A stretch of 63,906 bases of DNA, the filler included, from Neoconidiobolus thromboides FSU 785 (Eukaryota; Fungi; Entomophthoromycota), in NCBI GenBank assembly GCA_025603075.1. It is 10 parts of 10 records of this genome, joined end to end, with 100 filler letters (N's around TTAATTAATTAA, not from the genome) between each part and the next. Parts side by side here need not be neighbours in the genome. Positions count along the whole stretch, not along the records: positions 36,035 to 37,577 come from MU626949.1; positions 37,678 to 43,999 come from MU626733.1; positions 44,100 to 50,788 come from MU626722.1; 7 more parts are not named here. One strand, written 5' to 3'. Position 1 is the first letter of the stretch. Each line of letters begins with the position of its first letter. The notes below the pieces were generated by a model, which was not told the DNA's origin, searched no databases, and worked only from the letters and a program-made list of their open reading frames with translations. Both the position numbers and the translations under genes were made by a program. Shown piece by piece: positions 36,126 through 48,855 of this stretch.

Positions 36126-37486
36126 TTTTGATATTCTATTCTATTGATATTCTATTTAGTTTACATATTACTCTTTTATACTTTCTATAAGTTTGGAATT
36201 AATTTTTACAACCATATAACTTTATGCTATTATAATTATTAATTCAATATTCCAATTTAAAGTGAATTCTTTAAGACTACATCTATCATTTAATTTTTAA
36301 CTAATATTAATAATAGTTTTATTAAAAAAACTATTCAAGTGCTTTAACTATTATTTGCTTTTACGGAACAAAAATAATTCAATTTGCTTTGAACTTAATA
36401 GTAATTCAAGTATGCTAAAATGATTTTCAGCGATCTTATTTATTTTAAAAAACTGTCAATAGCACGGCTTAGTATCTCAATACTACAAGTTGTATATTTT
36501 TATTATTAACAGGACCCTAAGTATTATTATTAATAATGTTGAATTATCGGATGGTATAACTATTTAGAATTATGATGTTTAATTACATTTTCCAAAATAA
36601 GCAAATAACATAAAAATAATATAATACTAACTTTAATACGTGTTTTTATGTAAAATTATTTAAATATTTTAAGTCTAAAATAGCTTGTTTAATAACATAT
36701 AGATTTATTTATACCTATGTATAATAAGCATGAGTTTTAAACTGCCTATCAAATTACATTTTTATGATATCAAATAAATGTTAATAAAGTGATAAATAGT
36801 TAACATCTAGAATTTAACATGAACCATTTTACACCTTCAGATTCTGTGAATTAATTTGTATTATTAACTGAGTAGTTATTTTAAGAACAAAAATACCCGA
36901 ACAATTTTAAACGAAATTGTATATTTAGATTGAAGTATATTTTAATTATAAATTGCTTTATTCTATAAGATCGAATACAATATCACAATTGTATATAGTT
37001 ACATTATTTAGAGGTATACATTAGTAATAAAATCATCTATTTTATATTGAAGCACTAAATCATGCTATCAAGAAAGAGGCTTTAAAACTAAAGCTCATAG
37101 AGTTGCTTTAACTTTGTTGTGCCCTACTTTGCGATAATTTTGAAGTCAGTTATTTGTCCTGTTTGGTTTTTTGAATCTTAATCTTTATATTCTATCTTGA
37201 TTTAGCAAAACTATAATCTCAAATAAACAGTTAAATAGGTCATAATATTATTGCAGCAGCTGTAAAATTTCTTCGGTTATTTTACTATTACTAAGCTTAA
37301 ACTAATTAGTAATCTTGTTAAATCTAAGATTAATATAATTTAAAAATAAAATGTTTAAAATTTCAATAAGGAATTAATAATATACAGTTGTTAGGAATTA
37401 TCGACAATAGAAAATGATATAAATAGATGTAAAAATTCAAAAATTCATAAAACAAATCATTAATCAAACAAACCAAAATATTAAAA

Positions 37487-37577
37487 ATGGCTTTAAATAC
37501 TATTCCAAAAGAATATAGGAGTGTAGCTATTGTAGGTGGTACTGGTGAGCTTGGAAAATATATTGTTAGAGAATTTC
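37487..37577 (+). CDS. NmrA-like protein, N-terminal fragment (identical second copy)
   Basis: 37483-37577 is the exact reverse complement of 36035-36129. Confidence 0.7.
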
Positions 37578-37854
37578 NNNNNNNNNNNNNNNNNNNNNNN
37601 NNNNNNNNNNNNNNNNNNNNNTTAATTAATTAANNNNNNNNNNNNNNNNNNNNNNNNNNNNNNNNNNNNNNNNNNNNAAATAATACTACATTTATCTGAC
37701 TAATGATTGTTAGTTGATAATATTGTATAATCTATGCTTTATTAATTGAATTTATAAGATACATTAATAGTAAAAGATAAAACTTAATACTTTATCATTA
37801 TCAAAATGCGGTTTATTTTATTTAGAATGAAACAAAGTTTATATCTTATAATAT

Positions 37855-37953
37855 GTGGGTGTATTTTTTTTATTTAAGAATTTTACTAACGATCTTTCCA
37901 CTCAAATAGCGCTTAAAAAATGGAAAAAGTTATGAAACCAGAAAAACAGTTCC
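37855..37953 (-). mobile_element. MITE copy
   Basis: Flanks ATAT/ATAT. Confidence 0.88.
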
Positions 37954-39946
37954 ATATATTAAGTTAAACTTTTTATTTTATAAATGTGTGTAAAAAAATA
38001 TTGCTAATAATTATTATCTTACACTCTTGTTTAAATTTACTTTTGATTTTAATAAGAACAAAAAACAAATATTACCAATTAACAAAGGTAAGTGGCATGG
38101 AAAAACTAAAACATGAATTTTGGTATAGCTAATTATATTGTAATCAAAAGTCAATTTCTTTAATAAACTGTTGAATGAGACGTGATCTGTTTGATCTTTA
38201 GATTTTATTATATTTTGAAACCAGTGTACAATCCAATTTTTGTCTAACATCTATTGTATATCCTAGCTTCAATGTAAAATCAGTGATTATGGTATGATAA
38301 CTCGTGTTCTCCTCAAGCAGATTGTTATGATTCCGATGATAATTCCGATGATAGCTACAAGCAACCATAGAATGAAGCTTGGAAAAAAAGTATTATGAAA
38401 TGAAAGACTACTATAAATGTACCATGATATGTGCTTAAGATGGGTATGAAGATCCTAATAATCCTTTCCTTAAACTTTATATATTATGCTATAACGAATA
38501 TAATGAATTCAAGGAGTATAGTGAAGATAGCTTAATTCGAGAATGGTTGAACGAAAAAGATAAAAAGAATATGGGAGAAATAGGAACTACTGTAGGTTAA
38601 GAGTAAAATCTATTGTGATATCACATCCTGCTTTATAAAGTAAAGCTAAGCTAGTAACATTATTAGTTTTTGGTATATTTCTTTATGATCTTTATCTTTT
38701 TAAATTAAATTAATAAATTTATCACTTTTTAAACAAACTGTCTCCCATAAATATACAACCTTTTTACACTGTTTTAACCTGAAGGAAAAAAGGGAAAAAA
38801 TTCGTAGTTAGGAAGGATTCATACTTAAAGATACATTTCTAAGTTTGAATTGAATCTGACTAAGACTTATAAACTTTATATATATTAGCAGCAAACAATC
38901 AAAATGATTGATGCAATAATTTGTGGAGAAAATTAAAGGCAACAGAAAGAGAATAGGTAAAAGACAAAGGGTCTCTTTATCCCATTCAATAGAACCAATA
39001 TTAACTAGATTTAACAGTTGGGGGATTCATTATAAAAAGTTTAGCTTTTAAAATTAAACAAAACTTGGAAAAAAAAGTGAATTAGCAAAATAATAATAAT
39101 TGAACAAAAGCAGAAGTTATCTTGAAATAAATTTGTAAAAGAGCAACCCGTATTATTTTATTGATAACTAAAACTGAAAAGAAATCGATAAAATTGTGCA
39201 AAAATTTAAGATCAAATTGAAGCTTAAGTGGAATTAAAGATATGTACTTCCATATCGTAAAATTTAGTAGACTAATTTTTTACTATGATAAAAATTGTAC
39301 TAAATTATACGTCATAATAATTCCCTAGCTAAAACAATGGTTTAAAATGAATATCTTGAGTCTAAGTTTGCCCACAAAAATAACAATAAAAATAGTAGAA
39401 TGTATAAGTAATTTAATAACTTTAATAGATTTGCTCAAAATAACATTGAGTCCAATATTTGTAGTGGTAAAAAACTAGATGTCCATATCACTAGTTGGTA
39501 AGCTATGAATTTTAAATGTAATAGAAATTTGAACTATGAACTAATTTAATCTTATCAGTAGTTATGATTTTTTTATGAAGGTAATTGGCCAGGTAATTAC
39601 CATTAAAAGGTTTATAAAAAGGTTTAAAATTTACTATATTATAAAGTAATTTTTGCAATAATTTGCAAGTTTGGATATTTAATGTAGTTTTAGAATGATT
39701 TCTAAAGATACATATATTTACTAAATACCTTTTAAAATATTCCTTTGGTATATAATTTTATTAGTAAGTAGGTTCTAGACACTATAGTCAATTGTTTGAT
39801 TAGTTTTAGAATTCTTAATGATGTATAAGCGGAAAATGAAGCAATCAGTTGAATTTAAAATCTGGAACATCTTTTAAGGGATTAAAGCGTGATTTTGTAA
39901 AACCAAGTATAAAAGAGAAGAATAAAGCACAAATATAATTTTAAAA

Positions 39947-41880
39947 ATGTTTAGTTTAATTTCAATATTGAATTCTATCCTTTTGTTATCCTTGCTTTAT
40001 TACAGTTACAAAGTAAATTGTTATTCATATATCATTAGAACGTTATAATTTCATCTTTAAAGGTCATATACAATATATTTTTTAGTCCATTAAGAAAAGT
40101 GCCTGGTCCATTAATTAATTTGATATTTCCCTTTGTATATACTTTTCAAATAATCAAAGGGACCTTTCCAGAGTACACTCTCAATTTACATCTTAAATAC
40201 GGAAATGTGGTAAGGTTAAGTAAGTATCAAAATCCAATTTAGCAATAGGGATAACAATTAACTAAACTAGATTGGAATGATATATCTTTTTCTTCAGAGT
40301 CAGCATTAAAAGAGATCTACTCAACTTATACATATGAAAAGGATGATATTTATGACATTTTCAAAATATTAGGCGAAACTGTTTTTAGCACAAGGTAATA
40401 AATAAGAAATACTAAGTAGCTTTAATTAACAATTTATTAGGAACAAGGAATTTCATCGCCAAAGAGTAATATTTTTCAATTATTTGTAGAAATTTGATTA
40501 ATAGCTAGAAAAAAATCATCGCTCCATCTTTTTCAGAAAAAGTGATTGAAAGTGTAGAATATTTAGTCAAGAAGAATGTAAATAACTTTGTAGATAAATT
40601 GAATATTATTGCAGATCAAGACCAGAATTTCGACCTTGGACTTTATTTTCATTACTTTGCTTTCGTAAGTTCTTTATAAAATAAAAGTATTCACATTGAT
40701 GTGAATAATAGGATGTAATTGGAGACTTAGCATTTGGGAAATCATTTAATATGTTAAAAGATGGTTATCATCCAATAGTGAAATGGGTACATAATATCTC
40801 GACTTATAGTCTTTTGGTATGATCTTTCATCATTTATTTAATTATAACGTATAAACAATATTAGGTATTTATGTTCCCATTTATGAAATACTATCAATTT
40901 GATGGCATCAAAAAATTATATGAGGTATTATAAACTAAAATTGTTGTCAAACTTAGTTAATCCAATTTAGTTTTCATACGAAGCAATAAAAGATGCTAGA
41001 AACAACCCAGATAGAGCTAATATTCTAAGTACTTTAATCAAAGCAACGGATCCAGATACAGGAGAACATTTAAGTGATAAAGAAATAGCCGAAGAATCAA
41101 TTTTACAAATGTAATTTTAAATGATATCAATTCAAATTCTTAAAATTAATATTTATAGTGGAGCTGGGACCGATACTACATCAAACTCGCTTACATGGTA
41201 ACTTAACTCAAGAGTTCTTAATAGATTGACTTATTTTACTAGGATATTTTATTTACTGACCAATAACCCAGAGGTATATGAAAAAGTGAAAGAAGAGATG
41301 GTTAGGATATTCCCAGATAAAAATTCAATCACCTATACAATGTGTAAATCAGAGTGTCACTATCTTAGTGCCGTAATTCATGAAGGCTTAAGAGTCATAC
41401 CGGTAGCTGGAGGTGCTCCTACAAGATATGTACCTAAAGGAGGCAAATTAATCGATGGCTATTATATTCCAGAAAAGGTAATCTATACAATAACTATAAT
41501 TTAGGCTTATACTAATTTATAGGTTACTGTTGGAGTAACCATTAATGCTTTACACAATTTATCCTCATTATGGAAAAACCCAGACGCTTTTGATCCTCAA
41601 AGATGGTTACAAGATGGGAAATTCAAAACTAACCCCAATTTTTCACCCTTTTTAATAGGACCTAGAGCTTGTGTTGGTAGAACGTAAGCTATTGTTAAGA
41701 AAGTAACAATAATTATTTATTTTATTTTTTAGCCTGGCTTGGATGGAACTATACTTAGTTAGTGCGAATTTAATAAGAAACTTCACTTTTAAAAGAGACA
41801 TCGAAAAGAAGATTGCTTATAGAAATTTTATTACTACTCAACCTACTGAGCCTATCAAAGTTTCTATAATTAAAAATTAA
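39947..41880 (+). CDS. Cytochrome P450 monooxygenase, 11 short introns
   Basis: N-terminal anchor, SPLRKVPGP, I-helix GAGTDTTS, K-helix EGLR, FDPQRW and heme motif FLIGPRACVG, rebuilt by hand across GT-AG introns; stop at 41878-41880. Confidence 0.9.
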
Positions 41881-42829
41881 TGTGAGTTTTGTCAAATATA
41901 TTTGATATAAGTCAGTTTATGTTTTATATTTTACTTTATGATTTTTCCTAACTCATATTATTAGTCAAAATAAACAGTGTTATTTTTTTATTGTTATCTA
42001 ACTCTGGTACTGTTTTATTTTAAGTAAAAATATAGAAAATCATGAGCTAGGCTAAAAGGCTAAAAATTTAAACTAATCGATTTAAGGAAGTAAGTGGAAA
42101 AGGCATACATCAAAGCAAAATAAAGTCCCTCATTAGGGCGTGGTATGTCAATTATCAGGACAAGAAAGCCAAGTAATAGTTCGTAATTAAAATTCGAGAC
42201 TAAAGATATAAATTACAAAAATTTATGTATCTGTGGGGATCAATTTAAGTAGAAAAAAGCTAAGTATTACTATTCAAATGTTGAAAAACGCCATTCATTG
42301 ATAGCTATATCTATGTTAAGATTGTTTTATAGAGTATGATTAGGTTTACTGAAAGGCCCGTGAATAAGCCAGATAATCACTATTATTATCAATGACTAAA
42401 GTTGAAAATGGTACTAACGGGGACATATAAGATATGTATGATTTTTGTATAGCTTTAGAGATAAACATAACTACAACAGAAAAAATAAGGCGAATCAACA
42501 GCAATAAAAATGTTTAAACTTGATTATAAAAGATAATCATAAGCCAAATTTATCAAAAAACAATAATGTGTTAAAAGTACTGCTACCTGAAGCTGACCTA
42601 CTGTGAAATTTCTTTTAAATAAAAGACATTTACTAATAAAATAGATTATATTCCAAATACTTTTTGGATTAAGACTTTACTTTAATACAATTCATATAAA
42701 AAATACAGTTTTTTGATTTATGAGGATGATTTTATTTCTAATTAATAAACATAGCAGATTGAATTGCTTTAAACATAAGAAGTTATATAAATAAACAAAA
42801 TATCAGAAAAAATCTAAAAACATCTATAT

Positions 42830-42923
42830 AGTGATGGATTTTTTTGTAAGGATTTTACTAACAATCCTTCTGCTCAGATAGTGCTTAAAAATGGAAAAAG
42901 TAATAAAACTAAAAAACACTCCC
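42830..42923 (-). mobile_element. MITE copy
   Basis: Family core; flanks ATAT/ATAT. Confidence 0.8.
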
Positions 42924-43179
42924 ATATCTGAATCTGTAAATGTAGCTTTATTAATTTTTAATTATATATTTCTACATTGTTTTTAAAATAAACCAACACA
43001 CATACAACTAACATATATTTATATAAATAAATAAAAAATATAATAAAAATTTAAGAAACTGATAATATATAATAAAAAAGGTTCATTTGTATATTTTAAA
43101 TATTTAAAAAATCTCGTTAAAAAGTATTAAATTTGAGCTTCCTAAAAAAGTTGGATCTTGTTTATGAACTTTTCCATAT

Positions 43180-43276
43180 GCAGATGTTTTTTTTGGTTTC
43201 ATTACTTTTTCCATTTTTAAGCGCTATTTGAGCATAGAGATTGTTAGTAAATTTTTAAACAAAAGAATATGTCCTT
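43180..43276 (+). mobile_element. MITE copy
   Basis: Flanks ATAT/ATAT. Confidence 0.85.
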
Positions 43277-43772
43277 ATATACTGCTATGTTGTACAAATA
43301 GTTTTAATAGTTTAGAGTAATTCGATGATATAAAACCATAAGAATATTTTAAGAATTAACCTAAATTAATATATTAATTTTTGTTTTCGCTCATATTTAT
43401 TGCTGTAGTTAAATTTTATAATTGTTTAAAAAACTCTCAGCTAACATGCAGATAAAAATTTATCATATGAGCTAGGTGGAGCAGTAGCAGAATAACAACA
43501 ACGTATCAAAAAAAAGATAAAGAAGTGATTGCTGAAAAGTATGTCAGATGATTTAACTTAATAATATGATAGAGGGTTTAATTTTCTCTTTTTTCCATAA
43601 AATGCAACCAGGTTTATTTTCGCTTCCAACTAAAAGCTAATTTGTTTTAAGATAAATTAAAAGTGTATGAATTGATATTAAATTTTTAGATTTTAAAGAT
43701 AAAATAGTTAAAGTAAGTAGCGATATATAATTTTGAAGTCTAAAGTCTTTATTTCTCAATGTTTGTTACATG

Positions 43773-43999
43773 TTAAAGAATAGCGGCACTATTTTGCTTA
43801 TTGATATTAAAATTGTTATTGTTAATATTCTTTTTGTGAACATTATCAGTAAACACAGCGGCTTGTTTGTTTTGATCAAATTGGTGTGCATTGAAATTGT
43901 TAGCATTAGCGTGGAATCTGTTATTATTAATTACAGCTGGGAAACCAAAAGAGCCAAAGTTATTGAATCCGCCATTAAACCCACCAACCCCATAGCCAG
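43773..43999 (-). CDS. Gly/Asn/Phe-rich low-complexity protein, C-terminal fragment
   Basis: GYGVGGFNGGFNNFGSFGFPAVINNNRFHANANNFNAHQFDQNKQAAVFTDNVHKKNINNNNFNINKQNSAAIL*; GC-richer than flanks; 5' end in gap. Confidence 0.65.
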
Positions 44000-44099
44000 N
44001 NNNNNNNNNNNNNNNNNNNNNNNNNNNNNNNNNNNNNNNNNNNTTAATTAATTAANNNNNNNNNNNNNNNNNNNNNNNNNNNNNNNNNNNNNNNNNNNN

Positions 44100-45900
44100 C
44101 TAGTCCAGAAGAATCGATGAGATTAACAGAGCCAAAGTCCAAAATGATTGCTTTAAGTAAAGGCAAAGAATCAACACTTGGAGCAGCAATTCCAGTCTTT
44201 TCTTCACGTAATTTACGAAGCTTATGCCCTCTTTGTTCCAAATCTTCACACCATAATTTATTTTCGGATTTTGTAGGTGGAGCACCACTTTTAGTAGCTT
44301 CTAGGACTAAATCTAAAATACAAGTTTTAAAGTAATCAATATTAGGAAAGATTAAAGACTCTTGAGGTTTGAAAATTAAAACACCAGGCAATGGAAACTT
44401 AGTGTCATAAGCTGGATGTTTATGGTCAATAAATACATTGGTTCGATTAATAACTTGAGATAATAAATAAAGGTGTGGACGTGCAATGCGATAGATTAAT
44501 ATCAAAAACGCTAAGCCTAAGGAAGATCCAATACCAATCTCAGTTCCTGCAAAAAAAGTAGCCAAAGCTGCTAACAGAAAAACTAAACAATCGGTGGGTT
44601 GAATTTTCCATAAATGAAAAACAGTCTTGTATGAAGATATCAATGAGGAAGCTGAAACAACGATGATAGCGGCTAAAGTGGCATTTGGGATATAATAAAA
44701 AGCAGGTGTAAGAAAACTCAATGCCATCAAAACAACTACACCTGTAAATAAGCTAGCTAATGGAGTGTGTACCCCTGATTGAGATATTACTGCGGATCTT
44801 GAAAAGGAACCAGTAGCAGGATAAGCTGAAAAAAATGAGGCGCACAAATTACTAATTCCTAAAGCAAACAGCTCCTGGGATGATGAGATTTGATAACTGG
44901 CTTGTCTTGCAAAAGCTTTACATAAAGCTACATGCTCTAAAACACCTATTAAAATTGCAGGTAGGATATCAAAAGAAACTGCAGATAATAGTTTGGGATC
45001 AAGGTTGGGTACACCTATATAACTAAAACCTTGGGGTACCGTTTTAACAATTTTTAGATTAAAAGTGGGTTGAGCTTTATATATCACGAATGAAATAATT
45101 GTAAAGATCAATACTGCTAACCCATTCGAAGCAACCTTTAAGAATCTCATGATTGGATACTTTGAACTCATTTTCTTAGAGATAAAGTTTAAACCATATA
45201 TAAATATAAAAGAACTTATTCCAAATACTAAATCTATCCAGTTGAGTTTGGGAATATTAGAAAATAAGTTGTAAATGACAGTTATAGTTGGATCGCTTGA
45301 AAATACATTTGGGATCCCGAGGAGAGTAGGGACTTGTGTTAAAATAATCGTTAATGCAGCGCCAGAAGTAAAACCCATGATTACCGGATTCGGTATTAAA
45401 TCTAAAATGATCCCTAACCTCAAAATTCCTAATAAAGCTGTAACAATAGAACTTAAAAAGGTCAAAGCAACTGCAATATCTATTGCAGAAAACTCAGAAC
45501 TTTCCTTTGTTATTCTGTTGATAGAAGATCCAATCAACAGAGACAACATAGCAGTTGGGCCAACAGAGACTTCTCTAGAGGTACCCATGAGAGGGTATAA
45601 AACAACACAAGCAAAAGCAGTGTATAGTCCATATACTACAGGTAAATTAGCAAGTTTAGCATAAGCTAAAGATTGAGGAACAACCATGATTCCCACGGTA
45701 ATCCCAGCAATTAAATCACCCAATATCCATTTACGATTATAATTAGGAATCCAACCAAAGATGGGGAAAAAAGATTTAAAGTAGTTTGGTATTTCGCGCT
45801 TTGCTTCTTGAGCAATTAAATAAACCTTTTCTTTGGGTTTTAAATCACCGTAGTACCTTCTCTCGTGTACATCATCGCTAAATTTTAAAGTTGTCAACAT
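44100..45900 (-). CDS. SulP/SLC26 sulfate transporter with STAS domain, 3' end lost in gap
   Basis: GDLIAGITVGIMVVPQSLAYAKLA signature, GTSREVSVGP, GSFSRSAV and the STAS segment KAIILDFGSVNLIDSSG. Confidence 0.95.
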
Positions 45901-46693
45901 TTGTGTTTTAGTTGCCTCTTCTTTTGAGTTTTTATAGTATAGCTCATAAGCATTACAATTTTATCAATTTCAATTCCCCGCTAATTTATTAGGTAAATTG
46001 AATTCACTCCACTTTTGTTGATTTGTTTTAATTCATAAATTTATAGATGTTTAAGTTTGATTGTACAGTAGTTAACCGTTTATTTAAGGATAAGTTTTTA
46101 GATACAAATTTCGTTTAGACGCTAAGAATCAGGATTTAAAAAACTACCTAGAAAATAGTAACCGAATTTTTTGAAAAAAAATTTCACATTTGAACGTAAA
46201 CAGCTGTATCAATTTTGGTACACACCCCTTTTTTACATTTTCATCTTTTACCCCAAAGGATCAAAAATTGATGAGCGGCAAATATTTTGATCAAATGAAG
46301 GATAATACTCAAAAAGGCTAGTGGCTTTGAAATACATAGAGTGAGTGTATTAATTAGACCTTAAAAAGCTAAAATAAAAAGGTCATTAGCCTCTAGAATT
46401 CTTCGAAACGTGATATAGGTCAAATGTTCCATTTAGATAAAATTAAAAACAAAATAAATAAAAAATCACTATTTTTTATGATGTATTTTTTAAAACTTTG
46501 TTGTTTTCATAGTAACTTTAAGCACAATCACCTTTAAAGAGATTTTAATCGTTTGATGGTTGTTTGTTATCAGTGTTTTTAAAAACTTTAGGATTTTAAA
46601 TAATTTTTAGATTTTAAACTTCATCAAATAACTTAACTTTCATAAAGACGAAAATTAATTTTGTATGTGCCAAATATGTCAAATTAAATATAT

Positions 46694-46780
46694 GGGGATA
46701 TTTTTGTTTGAAATTTACTAATACTTTTTTCACCTAATATTGCTTAAAAAGGAAAGAAGGTGAAACAAGAAAACACTCCT
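46694..46780 (-). mobile_element. MITE copy
   Basis: Shortened copy; flanks ATAT/ATAT. Confidence 0.75.
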
Positions 46781-46894
46781 ATATAAAATGTATATTTTTA
46801 AAATAACAACACTTCTTTAATTATATTTATAATCATTCTTTTAACTCTTATTAAGTAAAAAAAATTATCAAGAAAAATCTTAAATAAAAAACAT

Positions 46895-46992
46895 GAGGAT
46901 GATTTTTTTGAGTTCATTACTTTTTCCACCTTTTAAGCGCTATTTGAGCGGAAAAATTGTTAGTAAAATTCTTAAATAAAAAAATACATCCC
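46895..46992 (+). mobile_element. MITE copy
   Basis: Flanks ACAT/ACAT. Confidence 0.92.
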
Positions 46993-47163
46993 CACATATT
47001 AGGGTATTTTTTATATAAATATAAATTATTTAAAACGTAAAACATAACAAAAAATAAGTTATATGAAATATAAAAAATATAAAAAATATAAAAAATTTAT
47101 TAACAAACTATAAACAACAATAAATAATAATAACAAATATAACTAAAAAAATAAAATAAATAA

Positions 47164-47625
47164 TGCGAAATATCGCTTTGTCAACTTCATGATTGATTAT
47201 GGTATAATAATCACTTAAGTTGTTATATTCTCGAGTTTGGAGACAATCAATCCCATGCTCTTGTATTGATTTGTTGAGAATCTCTAACTAACATTCCAAA
47301 GAACATTATCCTCTTGATTTGATATTTGTACTTGTCGGAGTATAAAAGAGCTTTTAGAATATAGTAACTCGAGGCTTTTTAACTGAATTATTCCCTGATA
47401 TCTCGAACATTTAGTAAAGCCATTGAGTTTTCTTAATAGTGTTTTACGTAGATTTTACATTAATATTATCTATTCTATTTGTCTTATATAGCTTGTAACC
47501 TATTACGTGCTATTCTTCGTAATTCAAGTCTATCTTAGTCATAGAAACTAAGACCTTTCGACTTACAGCTAGTCAATCAAACAATGAGTGCTTTTGATTC
47601 CAACCACTGAGTACCAGATTTCACA
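47164..47625 (+). mobile_element. Solo LTR copy
   Basis: TGCGAAATATCGCTTTGTC...GTACCAGATTTCACA; flanks ATAA/ATTA. Confidence 0.75.
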
Positions 47626-47633
47626 ATTAGTAT

Positions 47634-47730
47634 GGGGGTGTTTTTTGGCTTCATTACTTTTTATATCTTTTAATCGCCATTTCAGCGGAAAAATCGTTGA
47701 TAAAATCCTTAAACACAAAAACACATCCCC
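47634..47730 (+). mobile_element. MITE copy
   Basis: Family core; 8 bp from the LTR end. Confidence 0.9.
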
Positions 47731-47966
47731 ATAATATAGCTGGAAAATATCGTTAAATTTCAGATTTTTTAGTCTTTAATTAATTTATAACTAAAATTGT
47801 AATGATTATATTTAAAGTTTCTCCTAATATTAGTATTTTTTAATTTGAAAATTTATTTTTAATTTTGGTAATTATTATCAGCTAATTTGAATAAACATGA
47901 TCATTAAAATATTATAGTATAATTTTATTATGAATATAAAAGCTATTATTTTTAAAATTACTAAAT

Positions 47967-48063
47967 GAGGAGGTCTTTTTGGCTTTATTAGTTTTTACGT
48001 TTTTAAGCACTATTTGAGTGGAAGGATTGCTAATAAAATTCTTAAATAAAAAAATACATCCCC
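47967..48063 (+). mobile_element. MITE copy
   Basis: Flanks AAAT/ATAT. Confidence 0.88.
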
Positions 48064-48855
48064 ATATATAAATTTTAATATAAAAATAAAATATATTAAT
48101 ATTTAAATGATTAAGATGTAAGTTATAAAATTAATTTTTAAAATTTATATGAGTGACATTATTTTATTTGATAGGTTTTTAATCAAAATATAACAATTTT
48201 GGAAATAATAACTTTTATATTTGTAATAAGTTTGTATTGTAATATCATAATTAAATTATTCAGATAATCTAATAGTAAACAATTTAATTTAAAAATAAAA
48301 ATTAATATTCATATATTTAAAAATGGAAGTTTAATAAAAGTTTAAAAATTACCAAAAATAATATACATAAAACAAGTTAATAAAAAAGTATAAATATATA
48401 TACTTATTTATTATAGCTGCTGCAATTTTATTTGTAATAATTTTAAAGTCAGTCATTTGTTTATTTATATTTTTGGTTTTTCATTTTTTAGCTTTTGACT
48501 AATTTAATAAAATTTTAATTTTAAATAATTAAATAATTAAACAATTAGATTACAATAGTGTAAAATTCTATTTTATTAGATTTCTAAATTGTAAAAAGTA
48601 ATAAATATAATAAAATTATACTTAGCTTTTAAATATAAAATTTATAATATATAGTAATTTTAATTGGCCAAAGTAGTTGGCTTTTAATAAAATGCTATTT
48701 TATTGGATATATCATTGAAACTCATGCTATATATAGTACTATCAACAATGATTTGATGAAAATTAAATAGTAACTATAAAAAATTCAACTTAAAATTTTA
48801 TTTAATTGTAGTTTTTAAATTTTGATTTTAACTCTGTTTAAAATATTCTTTAAGA

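Noticed and set aside
38300-38600. Acidic, Tyr-rich broken reading frame (YYEMKDYYKC...DSLIREWLNEK)
   Set aside because: Interrupted by stops and a frameshift with no recognisable family; left unassigned.
42330-42480. Possible Ty3/gypsy RT start (KVENGT...RMYDFCIAL)
   Set aside because: Too degraded; resemblance depends on arbitrary frame switching.
43770-44051. Plus-strand 93-aa hydrophobic ORF
   Set aside because: Runs into the linker; the minus strand has the more coherent Gly/Asn-rich frame with a proper stop.
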